A DNA stretch of 63,746 nucleotides, the filler included, from Squatina squatina (lineage: Eukaryota), in NCBI GenBank assembly GCA_031763465.1. It is 3 parts of 3 records of this genome, joined end to end, with 100 filler letters (N's around TTAATTAATTAA, not from the genome) between each part and the next. Parts side by side here need not be neighbours in the genome. Positions count along the whole stretch, not along the records: positions 19,579 to 39,289 come from JARFOE010104505.1; 2 more parts are not named here. The stretch is one strand, 5' to 3'. How positions within the stretch are numbered: position 1 is the first letter of the stretch; each line of letters begins with the position of its first letter. A model generated the notes under the pieces. The model saw only the letters and a list, made by a program, of their open reading frames with translations, had not been told where the DNA came from and ran no database searches. Both the position numbers and the translations under genes were made by a program. Shown here in pieces: positions 26,320 to 39,289 of this stretch.

Positions 26320-26925
26320 TGAAGTTATATCCACATTGATGAGGGTTGTGAAACAAGGAGAACTGATCTGTAAGCTTCCATAGAACAGCATTTAGACTAC
26401 ATTTAGAACACTCTGCTCAGTTTTAACCTCCTTATTACCAAAAGGTATAGAGGCACTGAATAAGATGCATAAGAGATTTACAAGGTTAGGTCTATCAGGA
26501 AAGGTGGAACAGGCTGCAGCCTTTTTCTCTAGAAAAGGGAAGGTTAAGCAATCACCTGAATGTGGGCTTTAGAATGATCCAGGGTTTCGATGGGGTAGAT
26601 GTAGTCGGGAGTCTTTCACTTGAAATAAATTCAAAGCTGGGGACCATCAATACAAGATAGTCACCGATTAATCATTGAAGGGATTAAGGAGAATGTGATT
26701 TGTTCACAAAGTTGCACAAATGTCAATCTCGCTATGAACTGCAGCAGTCGATTTGATTTGCGTTGATGCATGTAAGTGGAATCTAGATAAGTGCAAAGGG
26801 AAATGGAAACAAAGGAAATCTTGATAGCACGAAGTGAAACTGGCATGTTGCTCGGGTGCACCATGACCACTGACATATCCATGTCGAATTCTGTTCTCTA
26901 ATTTCTATGTTAATCTATGCAATTC
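26320..26925 (+). mobile_element. Decayed CR1 LINE 3' part
   Basis: agactacatttagaacactctgctcagttt resembles the RPHLEYCVQFW motif, followed by a degenerate 3' region. Confidence 0.7.
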
Positions 26926-27913
26926 TCTTCAAATGAAAACTCCAGTTCCTCCTCCATCTCCACAATTTAAAAACCTGCTTCTGTATACCATCTTGCACAT
27001 TGTTCAAAGTGCACCATGTGGTTGATATCCATGCTAAAATATGGCACTTGTAAGTGGACACCAATTCTCAAGCACAGCACAGAAAATAATTTTCACAGTT
27101 ATTGTTTGAATCATAAAATCATAAAAAGCGAGGAAGGATTCTAACTGCACTGATTGATTCGGTAGGTAATTTTAATTCCTGATCAGGCTCTCCATAAAAC
27201 AAATGTCATTTCAATATGAAGACGCAAGTGTACACTCCTTTGTAACCATGCCATGCTCGACACTTCATCATTCCTGCGATCTTGCAGACACATTTCAAGT
27301 GATACTTCAAAATATGTCATCATCAACAATACATGGTCGACCCATCTCCGACCTCAAACTGCAGGTACACTTTGACGTGAAATCCATGCAAAACACTGTT
27401 TAGCCAAGGTGGCTCCGTGCACCTTATCGATCCATTTTCTTAAAGCTAATGCTGTTTACTGCCCAATCGAACCCGACATTAAAATAACCCTCCAACCAAT
27501 TACCGCGACAATCTTTTCGACTTGTTTCACTCTTTCCACCTGCATTCTAGCATAATTACTAGTTTCCATGTAATATCTTATTTATCAGTTGTTTCCCGCG
27601 TTTTAGGCACTGAATGTCCTTCCTTCTTTGGGAACTTTTATTTTCTACACTGAGCGAAACTTCGATCTAAACAATAGCAACCAGCACCTGTACATACTTT
27701 TGTCTCCCATTGCCTTGCTTGCCCTCCTCTGCCTCGGTTAATCGCCTATTCTTCAGAATGTTCCTCACCAATTTTCATGCCAATTGTATGTGACAAAATT
27801 ATTATTGTTCTGACATTTCTCGCTTATTAACTCTCGCCCACCTAGCCACACTTTTGTTTCAACCAAAAATAAAAGATTGCCAAGTGAGATCTCTGTCGCG
27901 ACATTATGTGACA

Positions 27914-28585
27914 ATGTTGAGATTGGTGAATTATCCCATGACATTTACAACCTATCACACCAGTCTCTTCATCGTCAGCTTCCTCATAATTTGCACAATA
28001 TCTGATTAGACTATGTTGCGGTGAGCAGGGTCGTGAATCGCAATTAGCGGTGCTAATATTTCCCAGTGAATCCCTCAATAAACTCAGAATTTCAGGCTTT
28101 TGGCAGCAGGAATTTGCGGATTGAAATAGGAAGGAAAAATAACCGGACTACCTTCATCTTCATAATTAATGGCCCGGAGTTTCTCGGGCAGATGACAGTG
28201 GATGAACAGCATGTGAAGCTGTAAGGGACAAGCAAGTTCTGGGTCTCTAAATGCAATCGACATGCACAAATCCGAAACTTGTGCCGCTCAAGCTTCAGCC
28301 TTACAATTCGTAGGATTTCACTGGAAATGGACAATCGCTGCTCGAGATTCGGCCCTAAGGCCAACTACAGCCCACGGAATGCCAGCAAAACATTTACACC
28401 TGGTAAACGCAGTGTAGAATCTTGAGCATGATGGGAATCCCCCTTTTTGATTGAATGGGTTGGCCTTGGCAATCCTAGGGAGGATTGCAAACTGCGTGTA
28501 CTGCTGGTATACGTGGGTTTTTATGCAGTGGTAGCCCTACAAGGCCAGGAGCATCAGACTTCGTGGATATGAAGTGTGCAGCTTG
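27914..28585 (+). pseudogene. Degenerate 5' exon of a putative type II membrane DXD glycosyltransferase (GT32/Gly_transf_sug-like)
   Basis: Across frameshifts and in the expected order: ATG at 27914 with hydrophobic anchor SLFIVSFLIICTIS; SLTIRRISL (cf. IPxxIHxIWL); PTECQQNIYTW (cf. P...NIxTW); GASDFV/(R)YEV at 28548-28576 (cf. AASDxxRYExL); then a GTGAG donor at 28586. Many stops. Confidence 0.4.
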
Positions 28586-28607
28586 GTGAGGAAGTTACTT
28601 TCCTTTC

Positions 28608-30470
28608 CATAGAAGCATAGAGGCATAGGAAAGATACAGCAGAGACGCGGCCATTCGGCCCATTGTGTCCATGCCGGCTCGAAGAAAATCAAGGTGTCCA
28701 TTCTAATCCCAACATTCTGCACACGGGCCGTTGCCCTGCATGCAAGTTAGGTGCATGTCCAGGTAATTTTTTTTTAACAATTAGAAGTTCTCTGCCTCCA
28801 ACTCCAAATCCGGCAGCGAATTTCCGACACCTACCAACCTCTGGGTAAAAAAGTGGTTCCACATGTCCCCTCCAATCCTTCTACCAATCAACTTCAATCT
28901 ATGTCCTCTGGTTCTTGAACTCTCCACTCAGGAAACAGCTTCTTCCTGTCTACTCTATCTAAGCCGCTCATAATTATGTACACCTTAATAAAGACAACCG
29001 TTAGCCTCCTCTGTTCCATGAAAACAGGCTCAGCCTGTCCAATATCTCCTCGTAGCTTAAATTCTCATGGCCTCTCAACATTATTGTAATTCATCGCTGC
29101 TCTCTTTCCAGAGCAATTACGACCTTCCTGTAATATGTTGACCGGAACTGTGCACAATTCTCCAGCTATGGACTTACAAGCGTTTTATACAGTTCCAACA
29201 TTGTATCCCAGCGTTTGTATTCTATTAAAGCAGAGCATGACATCTGCCGTTGTCACTGCATTATCTACCTATACTGCCTCCTTCAGGAACCTGTGCAGAT
29301 GCACTCCAAGGAATCTCACCTCCTTTAAACCTCTCAATATATTCCCGTTTATTGTGAATTTCCTTTTGCTGTCGGTCCCCCTTAAGTTCATTACCTCGTA
29401 GTTGAAATCCATTTGCCAATTTACTGCCCACTCCAGCAAACCATTGATCTCATTCCGGAGTCTACATCTAACCTCTTCTCAGCTACACAGTCTATTTTTG
29501 TGCAGGCTGCAAATTTCCCAATCATGACACCCACATTCAAGTCCAAATCATTAATATATACCACAAGCATCAAGGGCCCCAACAGGGAACCCTTCCACCA
29601 CTGGAAACGGGTTTCCATTTGCAAAGACATCTATCGACCATTACCCTTTGTTTCCTGTTAATGAGCCAATTTTGGATCCAATTTGCCACATTTCCCTGTA
29701 TCCCAAGGGCTTTTACTTTTCTGCCCAGTCTGACATGTGGGGCATTGTCAAGTGCCTCACTAAAATCCATGTAGACAACATCCACTGCACTATTGCCATC
29801 AATTCCCCTTGTCACTTCCTCAAAGAATTCAAACAAATGTGTAAGGCATGCCCTTCCCTTAACAAATTAACGCTGACTATCCCTGATTTAAACATGCCAT
29901 TCTAAGTGTGAGTTAATCTCGTAACCTGATTAAACAATGGCACTATATTCTCAGTACCCCAGTTCTCCGGTAGCTCTCCTGTATATAGTGAGGATTGGAA
30001 AATGAGCCTGAGAGCATCCACTAATTCCTCCCTGGCTTCCCTCAATAGCCTAGGATATAACTTTCAAGGAATCCAGACCCTCTCATGCTCCACTCTTTTT
30101 AGGTCTGTCTCATCCAATATTTCACACTCCTCATCTTTACCTACTGTGTCCACATCATCCCTTTCCATTCTGAATGGTAGAAATAAATAATCCTTTAAAA
30201 CCCTGCCCACATTTCCTGCATCTACACACAATTTACGTTTATCATCTCTGAGAGGTCCCACCTTGTCCTTCGCTATTATCTTGCTCCTAATGGACTTATT
30301 AAGCATCTTCTGGTTTTCGTTAATCTTACTTGCTAATAATGTGTTCATGTCCTCGCTTTACTTTCCTTGTTTCCTTTTTTACTTCCTCCCTCTACTTTCT
30401 AGACTCCTCCAGGCTTTCTGCGGTATTTAGTTTTCTGGGACAGTCATCAGCTTATTTTTCTGCTTTCTCA
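28608..30470 (-). mobile_element. About 1.9-kb decayed CR1 LINE ORF2
   Basis: ORFs read EFFEEVTRGIDGNSAVDVVYMDFSEALD...ANWIQNWLINRKQRV and GSLLGPLMLVVYINDLD...KFAA; catagaagcatagaggcatag tail near 28608. Confidence 0.92.
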
Positions 30471-30799
30471 GAGATTCGGTGCTGGGTTGACACTGGACAA
30501 AACTTCAACCCCCATGATTGTGAAAGAATAAATGCTATTGGACTGTTGTATGTTGGGAGCCCAATTCAGTCCAGACCATTTCTGATGCTCAGGTGAAGTG
30601 GAGCACATTTTCTTAGATTAAGCTGTCACTTCAAAAACATACAGGATATCGTCTTTGAATTACAAGGAGAGTGCTCGTGACAGATTCATCTAGGATGCCT
30701 TGTTGACGGCCCTGACTTAAGGTAAGATATTCATTCCAACTGCCTTTACTGCACCATCAAGCCTAATTTATTCGCAAAGTTGCCTGTGCCTTTAAAAAA

Positions 30800-31178
30800 A
30801 AAGTACTATTCAATGCAACAATAAGTGCTTACAGAGACACAACTTTGAAAAGTTCTTAACAATAGAGTCTAATTGATTTGTCAAAGCAATGCTGTGAGGA
30901 ACTGTCTTTCAATAAGTCCCGGTCGGTCATCACACACATCAGAACTTCATTTAAATCGAATCAGATATACTTCAGTTATAATGCCTAAATTGTTCCATAT
31001 GGTTGATGCGATTTCCAAGCATTTTTCGGGCCTATACGCCAGCGGAGCACCATTGGAAAATGCAACTCCCCAGAAAGTCGGCCCTCCATCTCTGATCGAC
31101 CAAGTGGTGACCTCTAGTGGCCTGTTCAGTGTACTGGATCAGAATATCGTTCATGTTCAGATAAAATCCACCACATAC
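30800..31178 (-). pseudogene. Degenerate 3' exon of a putative GT32-like DXD glycosyltransferase
   Basis: Acceptor gcaccttcacAG is followed by (VC)GGFYLNMND (cf. GGxYLDxD, two GAC>AAC changes), then LNRPLE...GVAFSNGAPLA, then GTG ATG ACC GA- CCG GGA CTT ATT (VMTGPGLI with a 1-nt deletion, 30911-30933). This is the motif order of GT32 enzymes. Confidence 0.5.
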
Positions 31179-31716
31179 CTGTGAAGGTGCACAGATTTTA
31201 ACCTTGTGCTGTATAGTCTGATTCTTATCAGCGGAATACTTCTCCCAACATGTAATGTTGCTAGTATGTATGTTTGTCTGTGAACTATCCAGTATATCGG
31301 TGTTACTTCTCTTTATCACGCTTTCCCTTGTCATACTAATCAACAGAAACGGGATGGAAATTGAATCGCTCCCTGAAACAACCCTCTGCTAATGAAACGG
31401 CCACTGCAAACCCGATCATGAGGAAGCATCATAGCATTGGCATTTTCCAAAAATAGGAGGCAGAATTTCAGTTTCCCATTGTTTACTCCGGCTGCTAATT
31501 ATTTCCATTGAATCATTTCCATAACTGGCTTATTTAGATGGCTGACCTGATACCGACTGTTTCCCACCCACATCATAGTTGAAAAGTTAATCCAACCATG
31601 AGAAAGTACAGTGGTGATTACAGTTTCAAATCTTGTGACTGATGCACTCAATGGAAGCAGTCACTTTCTGTGCAACACGGCCCTGCAGGCTTCAATTCAA
31701 ATTGTTTTAACATATT

Positions 31717-32453
31717 GGCCCTGAATTTCCGATCCCCCCGGTTGGGAACGATGATCCTCTGAATGCAAGGAGACATCACAAAAACCGGGATATTATAAGC
31801 ATGCATAACCGGCATTTGGATCTGTCCAGAAATTCTGAGGCTACGAAGCAGATACACAACAGTGAGCTTTGAAACATTTTTGCAAGGCTTTCGGCTGGTG
31901 ACCTGTTGAAATTTGTTTTATGCATGGTAAAACCGAGTGTATCTGCTTGGATTTACTATAATAAGAAATGTTAAAAATTTGACTTTATAAAAATTAAAGG
32001 GCCAGTACTTTAAAACCATTCGCAGTCAGGAAGTAAGCTTTTGAATTTTTTTTTAAATTTCAAAAAAGCAAATGTCTCATTTAACCACATTTTTTGTTAA
32101 ATTTTAATGCTAGAAAATATTTCTAAAATATTTTGTGATGTGTTTGTGCTGTTTTATCTTCTTTTACTTACGTTTTGACAGGTCTTGACAGATAGTATGG
32201 AACTGTCAAAACTTCAACACAAGATACACCTACCTGATTGGCTGGGACATCCCCTGTGACCTCTCCAGCAAAATCAGTTTGACCTGCCCGGAAAACTATG
32301 CAGGCCCGCTCCGTATCTCTAACTCAGGAGTGGGGGAGCGGTGGTTTAACACCCCAGACTCGCGTGAATCCAGGACCCTTAGGTAAGTACGTAAGATAAA
32401 TTGCAATCAGAGGCATCCACATGCAGGAAGCCTCCAATCGCAATTTCAGAGCC
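31717..32453. mobile_element. Decayed TIR element (Harbinger-like MITE)
   Basis: Imperfect TIRs ggccctgaatttcc ... gcaatttcagagcc around an AT-rich core. Confidence 0.55.
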
Positions 32454-32461
32454 AATCATTC

Positions 32462-32720
32462 TCAGGATATGTGCAGTGCAGGAAAGGCCGACATGAATGA
32501 TCTATACCGAGATGACACTGAGAATGTAGTGGTGGGTCTGCTTCTTGTACGAGTGTGGCGTCCGTGGTGAAGATATTCCCTCAAGACTGATAGGGTGGTA
32601 TTCCCTGAGGTGGATCCAGCGAGTTGGAAGGAGTAGGGATATTTGTCCAACTCAAGATTGCATGAGTCTTAGAGGGACTGTAATTCCCTTGGGACTTCTG
32701 CCCATTTGTCAGCGGGATAG
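32462..32720 (-). mobile_element. Decayed LINE 3' end
   Basis: Minus strand tcttcaccacggacgcc...aagaagcagacccaccactacattctcag resembles a common shark LINE 3' terminus. Confidence 0.55.
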
Positions 32721-32834
32721 TGAAGTTCCTGCATTGCAGCTATCTTGGTCACGTCAGCAAAATTGGCTTAAATACACCTGGTCCCTGAATCGAATACATT
32801 AAATAAGATTGTCAATAGTTATGACTCTGATACT

Positions 32835-33263
32835 GATCCCTGTAGCACCCAATCAGTTACGTTTTGCCAACCTGAAAATGATCCAATTATCCAGAATATC
32901 TGTTTTCTATTACTTAGCTAATTCTCTCTCCATGCTAACTTTCTAACCCCAACACCTTGTGTGTTACCCTTTTATGTGGCACCTTATCGAATGCCTTTTG
33001 AAAATTCAAATATGCTGCAGCAACAGTTCCTCTTGAGCCATCCTGCTCTTCCGTTCTTGAATGAGTTCTGATACCTTCATGAAACACGATTTATCTTTTG
33101 TAAAATCATATTGACTCTGCTTGAATCTAACATGATAGGCTAACTGTTCTTTGATTGCCTTATTTTTGCTCCCTTCCTTCTCAAAAGGGCGTTATTAATT
33201 TGTGTTTTGGCAATTGGCTTGGACCTTTCCAGAATCTAGGCAATAATTTAAGTTTACAAACAA
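32835..33263 (-). mobile_element. Decayed CR1 RT fragment
   Basis: tgtggcaccttatcgaatgccttttgaaaattc reads FQKAFDKVPH on the minus strand. Confidence 0.8.
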
Positions 33264-33839
33264 TGTGTCTGTCAGGGCCAGCGACGGCCAAAGCAGCTAT
33301 GTTTATATATATATATACATGTACTGAACCAAATACGATGTTAATAACTAGTGTGCAAGGCATAATGGGAGCAATAGCAGCTTGATCAAAAATCCCGCAG
33401 TCTCAGACAATCCAGCCACAGACATCAGAGAGCCGGCAGCTGTACTGTTTAACTGCTAGCTACAAAACAATCAAATATTGGGAATATGGGGCAGAGGTAA
33501 GAAACTCCTGACCACCATGGTTCATTGTGAAGACACAAAGACGATTGATATGGAGTCTGTTAATCATCAGGAGATGGTGAAGAATTGATCATGAGCTGAT
33601 CACGCAGACCAATGATGCCCAATTATTGATTTGATTGCATATGTATGTAATCAACTAATACTATGATTGGATCGTAGCCAGCCGGGATGGGCTGAGTAAA
33701 TGTGTAAGTATCATAAGATTTTCTTAGTACGGTGGAGAAGCACAGAGTCTTGTCCCCACTGTTGTTAAGTCAATAAACCTGTTGATGATTGGAACGGACT
33801 TGGATGTTGAGTGATTATTTCAGTCATTCCACCCCATCA
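33264..33839 (+). mobile_element. Possible solo LTR
   Basis: TG...CA-bounded segment of about 570 bp next to a CR1 remnant, with AATAAA at 33772 shortly before the end; no clear TSD. Confidence 0.4.
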
Positions 33840-34819
33840 ATTACAGCAAATGCTCCAGCATCGAATACACCCCTTGCTACCTCCTGGAAAAAAATCAAGT
33901 TTGGGAATTAATGTCGAAATCACCGTTTTTACTTCAAATGAATAATATTTCTTAAATCATATTAATGACCATAATCTTAAAAAGTCCCAAAATTAATTAT
34001 AATTAAACAATAAGGAATGTGAGAAGTGGGATTCGGACAGACGCCTCCAGATGAGGTTGTGACATGAATGCAGCGCCTCAGACCATTTGGCCAACCAGCC
34101 TTTTAATTACCTCAATTGTAATTCATCACTTCTGCATTGAGAAGATTTCTGGTGGGCGCTTGTTCAATGTTGGTGCAACGTCCAGTCACCGGGAAATCAT
34201 TTCCACCGGTGTTTTCCTGAGCCTCTGTTCGGTGTATGGGGAGCTTTGGCTGGGGTCCATGGCAGCTTGCATCCCAGGAATGGACAATAAAACCCTGAAA
34301 TCTGCATCTGGGGAAGAGTTAATAATTAATAAGGTTTGTTTCCTGGTCTGAAATGCAGCTTTGATCTGCTGGTATTAACCGAGGCAGGGACTGGGAAACA
34401 ATGCTTTTTCTTCTTGTTTAGTTACTGGAATTTCCACAGTCAGGAGCTGAAAAGGACGAAGAGCTGAAATAATACAAGAAATATGATCAGATATTTAAAC
34501 AATTAACTGAAGCTCTTTAATGTTGTTCCTAGTTGCTCACCCACGTACCCACAATCCCAAGGTACATAAAGTAATTTTTTAATTCAAAGTTTTTAAAACT
34601 CTCACGTACTAAATCTATTACATGATGTAATATTTCCACTTGGGGTCAGAACATGCACCTTTCGCGGGGTGGGTGGACGTGATAAATGCAACACTACGGA
34701 AACTCTGTTTGGGTTGGAATCTGGAAACAGTTATTCAGCGTGAAGCTAAAATGATGAAACTCACTTTCTACAACTATTTTCTTTCATAAGCATTCCTCTG
34801 ACTGAAACAGCACGATTGA

Positions 34820-36470
34820 AAAATGGACCTTTCAAATTCATTGAGCTCCCGAACTTCTACCACCTGAATGTTATGATTCAGATGTCTCTATCATTGCCCA
34901 CTCAATCATTTCATCTTGCAATGTTCATCTTTCAACCTTGCTGCGTGCTGTGCCGCGAACTCAGTGTTGTAACCTTGGGAATAAGATTCACCAGTCCTTC
35001 ATCTAAATCATTCTAATATTGTGAATTACTGAGGATCCAAACAGAGGGAGACTTGAGTCTCATGCTGACAATTGCAGAACCCATTATCCTTCATCGCAAT
35101 TCCCCATTCAGGTTCATACTTTTCCAGAAGTTTGATGATTGTCAGCAGTCCCTCATGGGGAACTTTATCAAATGCCTCCTGGAAATTACCTTAAATCTAG
35201 TGGGACCCGCCCTTTGATTCATTGTCTGATTTGCTTCTGTTAGGAATTCTATATTGGACTTGGAGTGAGAGCTGCTTAGATTTACCAGAAAGTTAGCTGA
35301 ATCCAAGTAACAAATTAAGAGGAGAGATTAGACCAACTAGAAATTTAATGGATCAACGTGTGAGTTCAACACAGTTTTGAAAATGAGCAGCCAAACTGAT
35401 AGGGTGGAGAGAGTGAATCTATTTCTGCGGGACCGGGGTTCGAGGACTCGGGGACATCGTACAAAAATTAGAGGCAGACCATTCGGGAGAGCAATTAGGA
35501 AACACTTCGATATAACGGGCGGTAGAAGTTTGGAATACTCTTCCACAAATGGCAATTGATGCCAGTAAAATTGTTAAATTTTAATCAGAGATTGATTGAA
35601 TTTAGAGAACCATAGTTATAAATGGATGTTGCGCAAAGGCAGGTATAGACTGCTAGTTCACAGATCAGCCATTTTCTCATTGAACGTTGAAACAGGCTCG
35701 ATTGGTAAATGCCTCCTCCTGTTCCTATTTTCCAAGAGAAATGTGAGGGGAACAAAGGGAAGTGATAGGAGGCAATATAAAGCAAATGGTATTTTTTTTA
35801 AAGGGGATGTAATAACAAAGAGTCGGAGGGATTTACACAGAATTATCCTTTGAAGTTGGCAAGACAAAATGATAAGGGAGTTAAAAAAGCTAACAAGATC
35901 CTTGAATTTATAAACGGGGAATTACAGGACAAAAGCGGGTAAGTAATGCCAAACCATTATCAATCCCTTGTTAGGCCTCAGCTGGAGAACTGTGTCCAGT
36001 GCTGGGCACCACAATTTAGGAATGATATCAAGGCCTTCGAGAGAACAGGAAGGTCAGTTAAGTGGAGAACCTTGAGAAGCTGGGATTGTTCTCATTACAG
36101 CGTAAAAGGTAAAGGGGAGATTAGATTGAATTGCTCAAAACCATGAACGTTGTTGGTAATTAGCCAATGTTTCCATTCGCTGGAGCATAGGGAACCAGAG
36201 GATAACATTTAACATGATTGCCAAAAAGGCCAAAGGACAGATGAGAAGCTTTTATTTTTACCACAAGTTCTCCTTATCTGGAAAGCATTGCTGAATGGGT
36301 GGTGCATGCAGTTTCAATAATAACTTCCAAATGGATAAATGCTACAAGGGTGGAATCTGCAGGGCTATGTGGGACAGAACAGTGGTAGTGGAACTAATTC
36401 GATTGGTTTTCAAGCAGACAACGTCACGATGGAGTGAATGACCTGCTTAACTGCTGTAAGATTCTATAAT
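34820..36470. mobile_element. Cluster of decayed CR1 fragments (one -, two +)
   Basis: Translations include RTRGHRTKIRGRPF and YQSLVRPQLENCVQCWAPQFRNDI; 3' termini near 35730 and 36470. Confidence 0.85.
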
Positions 36471-37689
36471 TCCAAGTTGCGGCTGAACCACGACTCTGAC
36501 TGTCAGGGCACAGTCATGAAAACAGTATATGGAGAGAGAACATGCACTCGGGCAGTGAGCTGCAGTAGATATACAGAATGATGTTGGATTGGCATGCTCC
36601 CAGCATTAGTTAATTGCCACCTCCTGTCGGTTACGATCTCATGCTGTTCTGCAGTTTGTTGGACGTGAAATTTCTATCAAATAAATATTATATTGAGTTA
36701 CATGCGTGCATATGTGTATATGGCAATTTCACTTGGAATTGCTTCAGTCGACAGACAGAACTAATTACATTGGAATTACTTGACAGATTGAGGATCTATC
36801 ACCTGCTTGATTATTGCTCACACCCGGGCAAAATGCCTAGGATATGTAGGAATGATTCTATTGAAATAACCTCAATGTTTCCCACCTGTATTTACATCAG
36901 ATCAATGACTCATTCATCCATATTTGTTCTGTTCATTAATAGGTTTTAAATAATCGTCAGCTCCATTGTCTTTACTGAAAAATTATTGTCCCTTGTTTGT
37001 CACATTCGCAACCAACATTTCCATAATAAATTGTCCTGTCGATAATTAGAATGTTAGCTGACAATATCCCCACCTGGTGATGCTTTAGCCCCACAGCTTT
37101 ACCTGTGCCAGCTTCTCAGTGTGCACCATTCTCTGATACAATCCACTGTGGCAGCTTTTCAGATTATCAAAATGTTCTTGTAAACCGCAAAATAGTTACT
37201 TAACGTAATGACCCAATAACGCCTTGAAACCTTACTCGATTTACACCCAACTCCCTAACTCTGTTAACCAATTAACATAAGATTCAAGAAGAGGAGTAGG
37301 CAATTAGGGTCATAGTGCATGTGCCAGCTCGATTAAAGAGCTATCGAAACATTCCAGCTCCCAGGCTCTATCCCCACAGCCCTGCAGGTTTTTCTTTTCC
37401 AACTATTAGAAAACTAATATTGAATCTCTTTGCACAACAGTCATGCAGAAAAAATATTTACATTAATCTTATCCAAGTTCAATTTCCTTAAGTTCTTTTT
37501 CTGCTTTGAATATCACGAATGTTTAGCAATTCTCATTTAATACAATGTATTTTAGGACTTTGCTGAAAAATGTTCAGTGTTTGTGACAACAACCATTCTT
37601 ATATTAAAAGGATTGCTGACATTTCTGGGGAAGTATTTACCCCATAATGAAGTGCTTGTTTCGACATCGTTGTCGAGTATATGCAGCAG

Positions 37690-37830
37690 AAGACATTGCA
37701 TTTATACAGCCCCTTTTCTGAGCAGCGACCGTGTCAAAGCGCTTTACAGTACATATTGGCACAAGACTAGCGGGGATTAATCCCCAGCTCTCCTTCGAAA
37801 TAGTGCAATGGCTTCTTTTGCATCCACCAT
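37690..37830 (-). mobile_element. DeuSINE fragment
   Basis: cattgcatttatacagcccctttt tail and cccagctctccttcgaaatagtgcaatggcttcttttgcatccacc Deu core. Confidence 0.6.
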
Positions 37831-39289
37831 TGTCAAGTGAATGCAATTTCGACAGCCCCGGCTCTATCAGGCAGTGTGAAAAGCAATATAAATATTGTTG
37901 TCGGGCATTCCAGCCCCACGTTGAAAGCATTGTTAATTGACCAATATTGTTCTTTTGCACCAGGAAGCACATTACAACTGAGGGAGACTAGATACTTCAG
38001 TAATTTGTTCTGTTCTTTGGATTTTATCTGTGAAACCATATCCCATTTTGCAGATGGTATTTTCGGAGTCTTGTTCATAATTATCATTGTTGATGACAAG
38101 GAAACCGGGGCAACATTTGTCAAAGTTAACAGGAACGCTTAATTCTAGCTGCATAACAAATAGAATAAGTAGGGAACACAAAACCCATGGTGCTCATTTT
38201 CAGAATCAAAACAGTAAGCTTTGAAATAATGTGCAGGAATTTTACAGCGAAAAGTTTTGGAATAAGTGATACTTGTATGTGTCCCATTAATTTATCGTTG
38301 TCTAATTCTGACTCACATACATGTAACTTCATCTGGAGTTGAATACGAAAGGAGGGGTTGACCAGACTGCCATCGATATTTGTGAGCGGATCCTTTATAT
38401 TGAGGTATCTCGCCCTGTGATCAGCGCCAGCTTGAGCTCAGCAGTTACTTCGCAGCAACAACTTCATCAGAAGTTCAGCTCTGACTGGTGTTTTGATTAT
38501 CATTTTCAATCCCCTTCTGTTATCCTGGAAAAGAAAATTCAAACCTGTTTGTAAATAGGCGAGATTCGTAGAGGGTAAATTTAAATGATTCACAAAATCA
38601 CTCTAATCAATAAATCCACCCAGAATCCAGTCCCGGTTGTGGAAGGAAGTTTAATATCATGGTTTTTCTTTAACGTGTAAAACACGATATGCTTTTAGCA
38701 AATCCGTGCTGGCGAACATTAACAACCTTACTTCTCCAAGGACAAATTCACTTTGTCCATAATTAGTACTTCAAACTTTCCACATGACTGACGTTAGGTT
38801 GACTGGCCTGTAATTGCTGTGATTATTATTATCCTGTTGTTTAAGTATTTATTTAACAATTACACGACAACTTCTTCCTTCACATCCCTCAGCAGCCTGG
38901 ACTGCATCCTCTCCAGGTGACTTATCACTTTGCGAGCTGTCAAACTTGTAGTCCGTCCTCTTTATCTGTTGTATATTATTCCCTACTACCTGCTGCTTCA
39001 ATGTGAAATTGGCAGCTTTCACTTCTTTAGGGAAAACAGATGCAAGTCTTCAGTTTTAATCCCTAATAGACACACACTTGCTTTCGCTGCACTTTTGTTT
39101 TGTATGTTTATAAAAAAAAAATGTTACAGGGTTGAAAGGTCATATGGCCGACTGCATCTCCTAATTTTATTACCTTTTGTTCGCATGGTCATTGGATGCC
39201 ATTTTGAAAATATTTTTGTGTATGGAGTTATTTACTGAAGTAACCTATGACAAGCTCTACTCGTGATTCCTAACTGGGTTTGTAATTTT

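Noticed and set aside
28285-28330. SFSLTIRRISLE as an Ig/IgNAR V-domain strand
   Set aside because: There is no following DxxxYxC motif, no canonical Cys/Trp spacing and no RSS; a GT32-like reading fits the wider region better.
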